A stretch of DNA of 64,000 bases from Gemmatimonadales bacterium (GTDB lineage Bacteria > Gemmatimonadota > Glassbacteria > GWA2-58-10). Location: positions 59,844-123,843 of the forward strand of contig JAJRTS010000085.1 of the NCBI GenBank assembly GCA_024278175.1, read 5' to 3'. The notes under the pieces are model-generated. The model was not told where the DNA came from and made no database searches. It saw only the letters and a program-made list of their open reading frames with translations. Made by a program: the position numbers and the translations under genes. Positions 38,418 through 48,200 of this stretch are shown in pieces (the stretch's first letter is position 1; each line of letters opens with the position of its first letter).

Positions 38418-39380
38418 TTACAGCAACTCCGGTGTCACCGTAACCTTGCTCGTTTTCTTCTCACCGGGGTCGATAGCCGTCATGCCGACTTTCCTGTCGA
38501 ACGGCTCCTGTTCCTCGTGGTCGTCCATACCCTGCCACGGCTCGATACAGATAAACTCATCACCCGGCTCGGACCAGAAGCCCAGATGCGGCATGTCGGG
38601 GAAATCCACCCGCACGGCTATTCCGGCGTTGGGGTCTTCCAGACTCACGTGGCGCATGGCCGGATCGTCGATAGCGTACATCAGCGTGGCCTCCAACTCG
38701 TCCTCGGTCCACTCAATCGCCCCGTCCACTTCCAGCTCCGTGGTCTCGCCGGTAAGACGGCAGTGTTCGTTGTTGTGGTACTTTGTGATCTTACCCGCAC
38801 CGAACACGAGCTTGCAGTCCTGTTTGGCGCCTTGGCCGGGCACGAGCGGCGCGCGGAAACCGGGATGCCAGCCCCAGCAGGCGTGCATGGTTTCCGTGCC
38901 GGTGTTGGTCAGCTCGAACAGTACCGAAAGGCTGTTACCCACCAGCTCTAAAGTCAGTTCAAGGCGGAACTCGAACGGGTAGTATTCGCGCGTATAGCTG
39001 TTTGAATCAAGGCGGTACTTGATCCTGGCGCTATTCTCATGGCTGGTCTCCACAAGCGCGAACTCACTGTGGCGGGCCACGCCGTGGTTACCCGGCGAGG
39101 TGATAACCTTCTCGCCCAGCCGGCTTTCATTATTTTTGATTCCGCCGACAATGGGAAAAAGAACCGTGGCGTGGTTTTTCCAACCGTTTTCGGGCGGCTC
39201 AATCTGGGAATCACGGTACATCAGGCCAACCACGTTATCTTCCTTTTTACGACGGTCGGTGATCCGGTAGCCGATCACCTCGCAGCCCTGGCGATTAATC
39301 ATCACCGAAGCGCCATCGCCCTGTGCGCACAGCATGTCGATTTTACGGATGTTGTCGATCCTGACGGTAAATGCACTCAT
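38418..39380 (-). CDS. aldose 1-epimerase family (LacX-like) protein
   Basis: 'VLFPIVG', 'HGVAR', 'YPFEF', 'GWHPGF', 'FICIEPWQG'. Confidence 0.9.
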   Translation of the reverse strand: MSAFTVRIDNIRKIDMLCAQGDGASVMINRQGCEVIGYRITDRRKKEDNVVGLMYRDSQIEPPENGWKNHATVLFPIVGGIKNNESRLGEKVITSPGNHGVARHSEFALVETSHENSARIKYRLDSNSYTREYYPFEFRLELTLELVGNSLSVLFELTNTGTETMHACWGWHPGFRAPLVPGQGAKQDCKLVFGAGKITKYHNNEHCRLTGETTELEVDGAIEWTEDELEATLMYAIDDPAMRHVSLEDPNAGIAVRVDFPDMPHLGFWSEPGDEFICIEPWQGMDDHEEQEPFDRKVGMTAIDPGEKKTSKVTVTPELL

Positions 39381-39586
39381 CGATACCGGCTCCCTTAGAA
39401 AAAAACGCTCTTCGCTCTAGATCTTTCGCTCATCATGCGGATTTTAACAGGCAGGAATCAGCCCATTTTGGGTAAAAGATGGAAATTAGAAATATAACCT
39501 CATTGTCATTTCAAGTCAAAAATAAATCCTCCACACCCTCCCGCCGTCCTTGACATGCGCAATCGCTGCCGTGTAGCTTTGCGGCA

Positions 39587-40294
39587 ATGGATATCCGGAG
39601 AAAAAGCCTGTTGGCCGGGGCCGCCCAGGCAAGCGGCTGCGCGGTTATTGTCGATGTGTTCCGGGCCTTCACCTGCGCCAGTATCATGCTGCACTATCGC
39701 CCGGCGCAGCTAAGGCTGGAGCAGGCCCCCCGGCAGTGTCTGCTTCTTAAGCGCGGGCAAGGATACCTGGCTGTCGGTGAAAATGAGGGTGTGCCGCTAG
39801 AGGGGTTCGACCTGGGTAACTCGCCCGGCGAGATCGCCGCCAGAGGCAGGGAGTTTTTTGCCGGGCGCAAAGTGGTCCTGCGCACCTCGGCTGGGGTGCG
39901 GGGTATTTTTGCCGCCAGAGAGCACGCAAAGTCCATCTGGGCCGGTTCGTATACCACCGCCGGCGCGCTGGCGAGGGCGATCACCCGCGAGTCCCCCCGC
40001 CAGGTGCAGATTGTGGCGATGGGCTGGGGCGGCCGGGAACAAACTCCGGAGGATGAGCAGTGTGCGCGCTACCTGCACTCCCTGCTGGACCCCGACCTCA
40101 GCTACGACCACGCGGCCGCGCTGGAGGAGATCATGGCCCACGAGAGCGCACGCAAATTCCTGCGGGCGGACAAGCAGCATTTTCCGCCCGGCGATCTGAC
40201 GTGGTGCCTGCAGCGCGACCTGTTCGATTTTGCGATGAAAGTGGACAACTCAGCGGGAACGTTGCGCTTGATCCGGGTAGATTCCGCCGGCTAA
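39587..40294 (+). CDS. 2-phosphosulfolactate phosphatase (ComB) family
   Basis: 'VIVDVFRAFT', 'GE..G....GFDLGNSP', 'RTSAG', 'EDEQCA'. Confidence 0.88.
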   Translation: MDIRRKSLLAGAAQASGCAVIVDVFRAFTCASIMLHYRPAQLRLEQAPRQCLLLKRGQGYLAVGENEGVPLEGFDLGNSPGEIAARGREFFAGRKVVLRTSAGVRGIFAAREHAKSIWAGSYTTAGALARAITRESPRQVQIVAMGWGGREQTPEDEQCARYLHSLLDPDLSYDHAAALEEIMAHESARKFLRADKQHFPPGDLTWCLQRDLFDFAMKVDNSAGTLRLIRVDSAG

Positions 40295-41856
40295 CCCTGC
40301 TGCTCCGGCGGCGAACCGGACTCGTCCTGAGTGCCGGCGGGCTCCTGCTCCTCCTGCCCGTTGTCGGGAGGGTTTAAATCAAGGCTCTGGGTGGTGGCTG
40401 TCACCTTGCCGTCCTTGCGGGAGAGATACGAGGGGATTTTCTGATGGTCCAGCGGGTTAATTTCTTCCTCGTAGCCGCTCTTGGCCGCTATCAGTGAACC
40501 GATCAGCAATAACCCCGCTCCGATCAGTATCGACTCCCCCATCGCGGAAAAAACGATATAGTACAGGATCGAAATCAGCACGGCCAGACTGACCACGACC
40601 GGCGAGGCGAACAACACCTTGCGGATCGCCTGCATGGTCCTGATCCCGCCGGAGTTAAGCTCCAGGTAATCATTGATCAGCCGGGCAACAGCCTTCCGCG
40701 GCTTTCCGTGCAGGTAGAAATTAGCCAGCATCCTGATGTTGAACAGATCCTGATCCTGCCTGGAACTCTGCTTGCAAATCAGATAATGCTCCTCGCCGTC
40801 CACCGCTCTCAGCAGTGCCAGCATGTAGTTGCCGGGCAGGCGGTGGCAGGCGCCGGAGGCGATAAAGGGACGAAGGTTGTAGAGCACCTCGGAGCGAAGG
40901 TAGAAGCGGCCCTTTTTAGAGTTGCGGGACTGGTTGAAAAAACTTCCGGCTATCGAAGCTCCCGCCGGGGCAAGATCAGATTCAAGCGCGCCGGGACAGA
41001 CAAACTCGTAGCGCAGGGCGATCGCCCTGGCCCCGGTAACGGAGTTGGCGCGCACGTAATCGGCCAGTACCTCGATCCCCGCTTTCTGGATATTGCTGAT
41101 CTCAAGCTCCATCCCGGCGTCATTCATCGCCCGCTCCAGCTTTTCGAAATCGATCTCCCCGGAGTTTAACAAGCGGAAAACAGTGCTGATTTTCGTCAGG
41201 GCCTCCGCCTTGATAACACTCTCGTGAGCCAGTTGGTCGCGGATACCGCCCCCCTCGCTGTTCTGTTTATCGCTCTGATCGCTAAAGCGCTGAATCAACA
41301 TCGCCTCGTCGAAAATGGCGGGCAAACCGATCTGGCCGATTATTTCCCGAATCCCGAGGTCCTCCTCCAGCGGCCCTTTCAGCACACGGTAGCGCAGCTC
41401 CAGGTACTTTTGCATCCCCCGGCTCCAGATAAAGCGGAACAGCGGTTCCAGTTCAAGAGTGTGGACAAACTCCATCACCGTACCGGGATTAGCCGCTCCC
41501 GTGATCAGAAAATAGAGTCGGCGCACCTGGCTGTCGCTTACCTCTTTCGCTGAGCCGAGCTGTTCCAGCTGAAGTTTCCCGGCATCCGGGCTGAGCAGAA
41601 TCCGCAGGGTTTCCAGCTCACAACTGAGCGGCATCCTGTCGAACCGGTAAACCCTGCGGGCCAACGTATCAAGCGCCTTGTTGAGCGGTCCCAGGCTGAT
41701 CCCGAACTCGAAAGAGATAGTCAGCAGGGCGCTGTAATTACCGGCGGCTATCGCCTCGATTATCCGGGAAAAATAAACAACCTCCTCGCCCTGCTCGATC
41801 AGGCGGTTGTAGCGTGCTATTTTTATTTGATCACGAATTTGCGCCTTGGTGTGCAT
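40291..41856 (-). CDS. hypothetical protein with two C-terminal TM helices
   Basis: About 520-aa ORF, helical soluble region then two hydrophobic segments; start chosen at MHTKAQ. Confidence 0.7.
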   Translation of the reverse strand: MHTKAQIRDQIKIARYNRLIEQGEEVVYFSRIIEAIAAGNYSALLTISFEFGISLGPLNKALDTLARRVYRFDRMPLSCELETLRILLSPDAGKLQLEQLGSAKEVSDSQVRRLYFLITGAANPGTVMEFVHTLELEPLFRFIWSRGMQKYLELRYRVLKGPLEEDLGIREIIGQIGLPAIFDEAMLIQRFSDQSDKQNSEGGGIRDQLAHESVIKAEALTKISTVFRLLNSGEIDFEKLERAMNDAGMELEISNIQKAGIEVLADYVRANSVTGARAIALRYEFVCPGALESDLAPAGASIAGSFFNQSRNSKKGRFYLRSEVLYNLRPFIASGACHRLPGNYMLALLRAVDGEEHYLICKQSSRQDQDLFNIRMLANFYLHGKPRKAVARLINDYLELNSGGIRTMQAIRKVLFASPVVVSLAVLISILYYIVFSAMGESILIGAGLLLIGSLIAAKSGYEEEINPLDHQKIPSYLSRKDGKVTATTQSLDLNPPDNGQEEQEPAGTQDESGSPPEQQG

Positions 41857-41917
41857 CGCTGTATTCCCGCTCGTGTGCTGTGATTTGCCTGCTGTCCGTG
41901 GGGCGGTGCTTACCGCC

Positions 41918-42967
41918 TCAATTATCACTTTTGGTTGTATCAGTCACGCCGGCAGCGGTATCCACCGGGCAACCAGCCGCCGTTATTGCCGTATCGGATT
42001 CACCACGGGCGCTCTCCGCTTGATCCAGGTAGCTCTCAAACAGGTTTTCGACCTGGGCGAGACTGACGGCCTCGAACAGGCGACGGCGAAGAGCCGCGCC
42101 CCCTGCCAGCCCCTTCGTATAACTGGCGAAATGCTTGCGCATGAATACCACCCCGTGCCGCTCTCCCCGCTGGGCCACTGTCAGCCGGGCGTGCTCCAGG
42201 GCCAGCGCCAGCCGCTCGCGCTCGGCCGGAGCGCCCGGGTCAGGATTGCCGTCGAGCACACAGCGGGTGCGCTTAAACAGCCACGGGTTGCCCATGATTC
42301 CCCTGCCGATCATCACCGCGGCGCAGCCTGTCTGGGCAAACATCCTCACGGCGTCCTCCGGCTCGAAAATATCTCCACTGCCGATTACCGGCACGGGCAA
42401 TTCGTCGGCCAGGTGCGCGATATGCTCCCAGTTGCTCTTCCCGGAAAAAGCCTGGACCCTGGTGCGGGGATGAATGCACACCGCGCGCGCGCCCGCCTCC
42501 ACCAGGATCCTGCCGACCTGAGCGTAGTTGAGTTCCCGCTCGCTCCAGCCGCTGCGGATTTTAGCCGTCACTGGAACCTCTCCGCTGCTTTTCACCACCG
42601 CCTCGGTTATCCTGCCGATCAGCTCCGGGGTGCGCAGCAGTGACGACCCGCCGTTGCGGCGGACCACTTTTTTGACCGGGCAACCGAAATTGATATCGAT
42701 AAAGTCCGGGGCCAACCGCGCCACGTTGGCCGCCGCCCGGCCCATCACCCCGGGCTCGGAGCCGAACAACTGGATTCCCAGCGGGCGCTCCCCGTCGCTG
42801 AAGTCGAGCAGGAACCGGTTCTTCTCCCAGCAGTACACCAGTCCGTCGGCGCTGACCATCTCGCTCCAGGTGATGTCCGCGCCCAGCCGACGGCAGATCA
42901 GCCGGTAATTCGAGTCGCTCACACCGGCCAGCGGGGCCAGCACAAGCTTGCCGCTGAAATCTATCAT
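41918..42967 (-). CDS. dusB: tRNA dihydrouridine synthase
   Basis: 'LAPLAGVSD', 'IQLFGS', 'DINFGCP', 'KIRSGW', 'HPRT', 'GRG..GNPW'. Confidence 0.92.
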   Translation of the reverse strand: MIDFSGKLVLAPLAGVSDSNYRLICRRLGADITWSEMVSADGLVYCWEKNRFLLDFSDGERPLGIQLFGSEPGVMGRAAANVARLAPDFIDINFGCPVKKVVRRNGGSSLLRTPELIGRITEAVVKSSGEVPVTAKIRSGWSERELNYAQVGRILVEAGARAVCIHPRTRVQAFSGKSNWEHIAHLADELPVPVIGSGDIFEPEDAVRMFAQTGCAAVMIGRGIMGNPWLFKRTRCVLDGNPDPGAPAERERLALALEHARLTVAQRGERHGVVFMRKHFASYTKGLAGGAALRRRLFEAVSLAQVENLFESYLDQAESARGESDTAITAAGCPVDTAAGVTDTTKSDN

Positions 42968-43135
42968 TTATTTTCGCCCCGCCGTTATTTTAAATTTCAG
43001 CAATATCGCCGCCAACAGGCTATTACCCGGCCGCGGCGCGGGTGTCACACTTTCACGGCCCTTGCCCGGCAGGCGCGTCCCGTGTAGTTTTGCCAATAAA
43101 CCACCCATACTTCAACCCCTGCGCGGGCCCAAGCC

Positions 43136-43792
43136 ATGCAAGACCACCAGATCCACGAGGTAATCGAAAAACTGACCACAGCCGCGCGCGCCTGGAACGT
43201 GCCGATTGTTACCGAGATGACCCGCCGCACGCGCGACCCGTTCAAAGTGCTGATCACCACCGTGCTGAGCCTTCGCACCAAGGACGAGACCACCGGCGCG
43301 GCCAGCGAGCGGCTTTACGCCGAGGCCGACACCCCGGCGGCGCTCCTGAAACTGAGCGCCGAACGGATCGAAGAACTGATCTATCCGGTCGGGTTCTACC
43401 GCACCAAGGCACAGAGCATTCTGCAAATCTGCCGGATCCTGCTCGACAAGTACGGCGGCGCGGTTCCCGCTGAGCTGGACCCTCTGCTGGAGCTGCCCGG
43501 CGTGGGCCGCAAAACCGCCAACCTGGTGCTGACTCTCGGCTATGGCAAGCCCGGCATCTGCGTGGACACTCACGTCCACAGAATTTCCAACCGGCTGGGC
43601 TACCTCTCCACCAAAACTCCGGACAAAACCGAGTTCGCCCTGCGCGATAAGCTGCCACAACAATACTGGATCATCATCAACGACCTGCTGGTGGCGTTCG
43701 GCCAGAACCTCTGCAAGCCCGTTTCCCCGTTCTGCTCCCGCTGTCCCCTGGCCCATCTCTGCCCGCGCACCGGGGTCAGGCATTCGCGCTGA
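43136..43792 (+). CDS. nth: endonuclease III
   Basis: HhH 'LPGVGRKTAN', 'VDTHVHRI', Fe-S 'CKPVSPFCSRCPLAHLC'. Confidence 0.93.
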   Translation: MQDHQIHEVIEKLTTAARAWNVPIVTEMTRRTRDPFKVLITTVLSLRTKDETTGAASERLYAEADTPAALLKLSAERIEELIYPVGFYRTKAQSILQICRILLDKYGGAVPAELDPLLELPGVGRKTANLVLTLGYGKPGICVDTHVHRISNRLGYLSTKTPDKTEFALRDKLPQQYWIIINDLLVAFGQNLCKPVSPFCSRCPLAHLCPRTGVRHSR

Positions 43793-43855
43793 AGCAGCCG
43801 CCAACGACATCCTTCATCCTGCCGCTGTATCAAGATCAGTGCAAGGGCGGTTCCT

Positions 43856-44998
43856 TCAGCTCCGGTTGAACTCCTCGATAAACTTCATCGTCTTCTCCAC
43901 CTCTGCCTTTAGTTTCAGCGGGGCGCTCTCCAGGGCGGCCGCCCGGGCACCGATTACCGGCGAGAGGTCAACGTCAAGGCTTAGGGGCTCGGCCAGCGGA
44001 TTGGCGAAACCCAACCCGGCGCTGAGCTGCTCGGCCCGGGAGATAACGCAGGCCCCCAGCGCCAATCCCTGTCCGACGTTGCTCTCGAGACCGAAAGCGG
44101 CACAGTGGTGTAGTTCGATCATCTCGCACACCGAACGGGGTATCTCCCAATGCTCGGCCAGCAGCCTGCCCACGATCAGATGGTTGAAACCGAACAGTTC
44201 CTGCTCCACCCGCATCGGTTCCGGCTCCGGCTCATCGCCGCTCAGTCTTTGGTGCAGCACGGCGGCCCGGTCGCTGTCATAGCGCTCGAAAACCACCCAG
44301 CCGATGTCGTGCAGCAGCGCGGCTGTGGTGACCACGCCGATCTGCCCCGGTTGACCGATCACATCGCGCAACAGGTACTCCGCGCAGATACTAACCACGT
44401 GCGAGTGCATCCAGAACCTCAGCAGGTCGAACCGCTCGCCGAGCTGTTCCTGCCGCGAGTCCAGCCCTTTGTCCACCATCTGCTGGAAAATTATGTTTTT
44501 CACCTGGTTGTATCCCAGGTAGGTTATCGCCCTGGGCAACGAATCGATCCGGGTGCGAAGGCCGACGGCGGCCGCATTGACAGTCTTGAGTATTTTCCCG
44601 GCGTAAAACGGGTTCGAGGCCAGTACGTCGGCCAGCTCTTTCGGCTCCAGGTTGAAATCCAGCCGCACCATCCGCTCCCGGCCGATCTCCGGCATGAGAC
44701 GGATCGCGTGCTCCAGACGCCAGAGAGTCTCGGCCTCTATCTCCTCGCGCCCCAACGGCTTCCAGCCAGCGCCGGTGGCCGGCGCGGGAGCGCCCTCACC
44801 CCTGGAGTCCGCCTGCCTGCGCTCCACGATACCGTCAACCGGGTTACCGCTCCCATTCGTCGCGGCCCGGGTGTGCCTGCGCGGCTGACGGATCACCCTT
44901 TCGATCTTGGGCGGAGGCTTATTGCTTCCGCCGCGCAGCAGAACATATGCTGTCAGCAGCAGCACTGCGAACAGGATTAGAAAGGTCTGGGGGGCCAT
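43856..44998 (-). CDS. membrane-anchored HDOD domain protein
   Basis: N-terminal TM, 'ILKTVN', 'AITYLG', 'FWMHS', 'ALLHDIG', 'FGFNH..VG..LAEHWEIP...HH'. Confidence 0.88.
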   Translation of the reverse strand: MAPQTFLILFAVLLLTAYVLLRGGSNKPPPKIERVIRQPRRHTRAATNGSGNPVDGIVERRQADSRGEGAPAPATGAGWKPLGREEIEAETLWRLEHAIRLMPEIGRERMVRLDFNLEPKELADVLASNPFYAGKILKTVNAAAVGLRTRIDSLPRAITYLGYNQVKNIIFQQMVDKGLDSRQEQLGERFDLLRFWMHSHVVSICAEYLLRDVIGQPGQIGVVTTAALLHDIGWVVFERYDSDRAAVLHQRLSGDEPEPEPMRVEQELFGFNHLIVGRLLAEHWEIPRSVCEMIELHHCAAFGLESNVGQGLALGACVISRAEQLSAGLGFANPLAEPLSLDVDLSPVIGARAAALESAPLKLKAEVEKTMKFIEEFNRS

Positions 44999-45144
44999 TG
45001 TTTGGATTCCCGGCGAGCGCGAGGATGAATTATTCGGCGGGGTTGATCAATATTAAATCCCGCGGCTAGCGGAAGTCAAGTTAATTACCCCGCGCGGGCC
45101 GCACCGCGCGTTGCCGGGCAGACTGGCAGAATAGTTATTTGAAC

Positions 45145-45174
45145 TTGACTCATAAGCGGAAAATAGGGTACACT
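45145..45174 (+). promoter_or_regulatory. putative sigma-70 promoter for the signalling operon
   Basis: TTGACT-18 nt-TACACT about 60 nt upstream of the 45237 start. Confidence 0.45.
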
Positions 45175-45236
45175 GTTACTTTGCCATCAGATATTGTGAA
45201 AATATTATCCGATGATTTCTTCCGGAGATCTCAGTT

Positions 45237-48200
45237 TTGATAAGTACTGTCAGGAAAATCCCCCCCGTTCTCCTGATTATTTTTTGCACGCTGTGCCAGT
45301 CAGTCTCCGGGCAGGCCGGCGGTGTGGACCGGGACTCCCTGCTGCGTGAAAACCGCCTGCTGCGCGAGCAGCTCGAACATCTCCAGGCACGCCGGGAGGC
45401 GTTTCGCTGGCGGCGTTTCCCCGACGGCCCCCTGCTCAGAAGCGGCACCGTGATGCAAATCGCCCCCGGCCCCGGCTCCAGGCTCGCCTTCGCAACCGAC
45501 AGCCAGGGTCTGGTGCTGTTCGACGGGACCTGGCTGGAGGTGTACGACAGCGAAAACTCATCCCTGCCGGACAATTTCGTTACCGCAACAGCTCTCTTTG
45601 GCGACAAGCTCTGGATCGGCACCGCCGCCGGGCTGGCGGTGCTGGACGCCGACGGCTCGATCCACCGGCCCGCTCCCCTGCCCGGGGAGCTTGCGGGCGG
45701 CACTGTCAGTTGCCTGCTGGCTGCGGGCGATTCCTCGCTCTGGGTGGGAACCCAGGGGGCCGGTCTGTGGCGTTTCGATGGCGAGCGCTGGCAGCAGTTC
45801 ACCTCGCCGGACACCGCCGCCGCCGGGCCGGGAGACATTAACGCGCTGGCACCCAGCGCACCGGGCGACGGAGTATGGGCAGCCACCGCCGGTGAGGGTA
45901 TCTGGCGGGTAACCGGCGGCGCCCTGAAGTGCTTTGGCCAGCCGCTTGGGCCGGGCAGCGAAGAAATCTACAGCGTGATAACCGACAGCGACGCCCTGGT
46001 CTGGATTGGCGCCGCGGGAGCGGGAGCGGGCTTCTGGGACGGGTTCGGCTGGCAGCGCGCTCCGTTGCCCGTGTCCGGCGGCGCGGGCGTGATCTGTATC
46101 GCCGAACTAACGGGCGGCGATCTCTTTTTCGGTACAACCGAAGGGGCCTGGTTCTACGTCCGGCAGGGCAACTCCTGGGAAAAGCTGCCGCTACCCGAGG
46201 AAATCGCCGCCGCGCCGATTGTCGCTGCCGCCGGGCGGAATGGCCGACTGTGGCTGGCCCCCAGCGGAAGCGGCGTCTATTTCCACGACCGTGGCCTGGC
46301 CACGCGCTTCGCCGCCGCCTCCGACCTGCCGTCTGAATCCGTGTATCAGATCAACCAGTCCGCCGATGGCCGCATCTGGTTTTCCACGTTCGGGGGCGTG
46401 GCCATATACGACGGGCGCCGCTGGAGCCGCCTCGACAGACGAAACGGCCTGCCGGACAACCTGGTCACGTTTACCCTGTTCGGGCCGGGAGACACTGTCG
46501 CGTTCGCCACCCACAGGGGAGCGGGCATCCTCTCCGGCGGCCGCTGGAAATACCTGAACAGAGACCTCGGCCTGCGCAGCAACACGATCAACCATCTCGC
46601 CCTGGACAGCCGCGACGGCCTGTGGCTCAGCACAGAGGGTGGTGGACTTACCCTTTCATACAAGGACTCCCTGCTGACATACACAACCGCTGAAGGCCTT
46701 CCCGCCAACCAGGTGCAAGCCGCCCTGCCCGCTGTCGGCGACAGCGTCTGGGTGGCCACCAAGCGGGGGCTGGCCCTGATCACGGGGGGGATGGTTTTGG
46801 GTCCGGCGGCTGATAACGCAACGGATGAGCCCGGGCCACCGGCCGTTCATTACACCGCCCTTGCGATGGACAGCCGGGGCGCGCTGTGGGCGGCCAGTGC
46901 GGGCGACGGGGCCTGGAGAAGAGACGCGGCCGGGCACTGGGAAAAGTTCGGCGTGGAAAACGGCCTGGGCTCCAACGAGGTCTATGCCGTGGCGACCCAC
47001 AGCGATGGGCGGCTGTTTTTCGGCACGCGGGCGGGACTGAGCATCTTCGACGGTTTAAGCTGGCGCAACCTGAGCGGGAAGGACGGGCTCAATCCCGGCG
47101 CTGTCAGGAGCGTGTTTGTCGATTCCGGCGGTGCGCTGTGGCTCTCCGGTGACCGTAACGGCGTGCTCAGGTTCGATACCGGCCGGCTGAAGCTGCCGGA
47201 AACCTATCTCGAAACACCATCCGGTGTGCTGTGCGCGCTCGGCCCCGCTGGAGAACCGCTCCGGCTCGCCCGCGCCGACTCCTCGGGCGAAGGCAGGCTG
47301 ATGCTGGGCAACAGCCGGTACGCTGCTCTGGCCGGCCCGGCCGGAGCCGATACGGTGCGTAGCAACCGGATCAATCTGAGCGTACACGCCGTCACGCCGT
47401 GGTGGAACACGCCCCGGTCCGATTTCACTTTCCAGTGGCGGCTGGACAACGACCCCTGGAGCAGCCACTTGGCGGGCGGTCATCTTACGGTTTTCGACCT
47501 TTCACGCGGCTCTCACGTGCTGGAAGTGCGCGCTCGCGACCCCTATCTCAGGCTGGACCCCACCCCGGCATCGTACAGTTTCTACGTGGACATCCCCACC
47601 CTGCTGGGCGACTGGCGTTTCTGGGCGGCCACGTTTGTGCTCGTCGGCGGTGCGCTTGGCCTCTGGCAGCGCCGCCGCCTGCAATGGTGGCTCAGCATAG
47701 TCCGGCACCGCCGTTTCCGGCCCGTTACGCCCAATCCGTTCAACCCCAACGCGCCCCAGAGCGAACAGGAGCGTTTCCGTGGCAGGGACGAACTGCTGGA
47801 GCGGCTGGCGGGCCTGTTTGACGGCAAGGACCACGGCTCGGTGATAATCCACGGCGGCGAGCGGATCGGCATGACCAGCTTCCTGTTGCAGTGCCGCAAC
47901 CTGGCTGGGCACACGGGAGCGCAAACCGTTTATCTCGACCTGGCCGCGGAAGCGTTTACCGGCGTGGACCGACTGGCAACGCGCCTGGCTGCAAAAATAG
48001 CGCATGATGAGACGGCGGCCGAACACGGCAAAAATAATCCGCTGGATACTCTTGCCGCCCTGCTGGAAACCGGTACCGAGCCGATGGTGCTGATATTCGA
48101 TAACGCGGAGTTGCTCGGCCGCCTGCTTCAGCGTGACAGCGAGCAGGGCAAACGCCTGGTGGCCCTTTTCAGGGCCGCCGTGCTCAAGGACCGCGCGGCG

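Noticed and set aside
39587..40294. Coenzyme M biosynthesis pathway
   Set aside because: Only a lone ComB-family phosphatase, a family widespread in bacteria; no other com genes in the window
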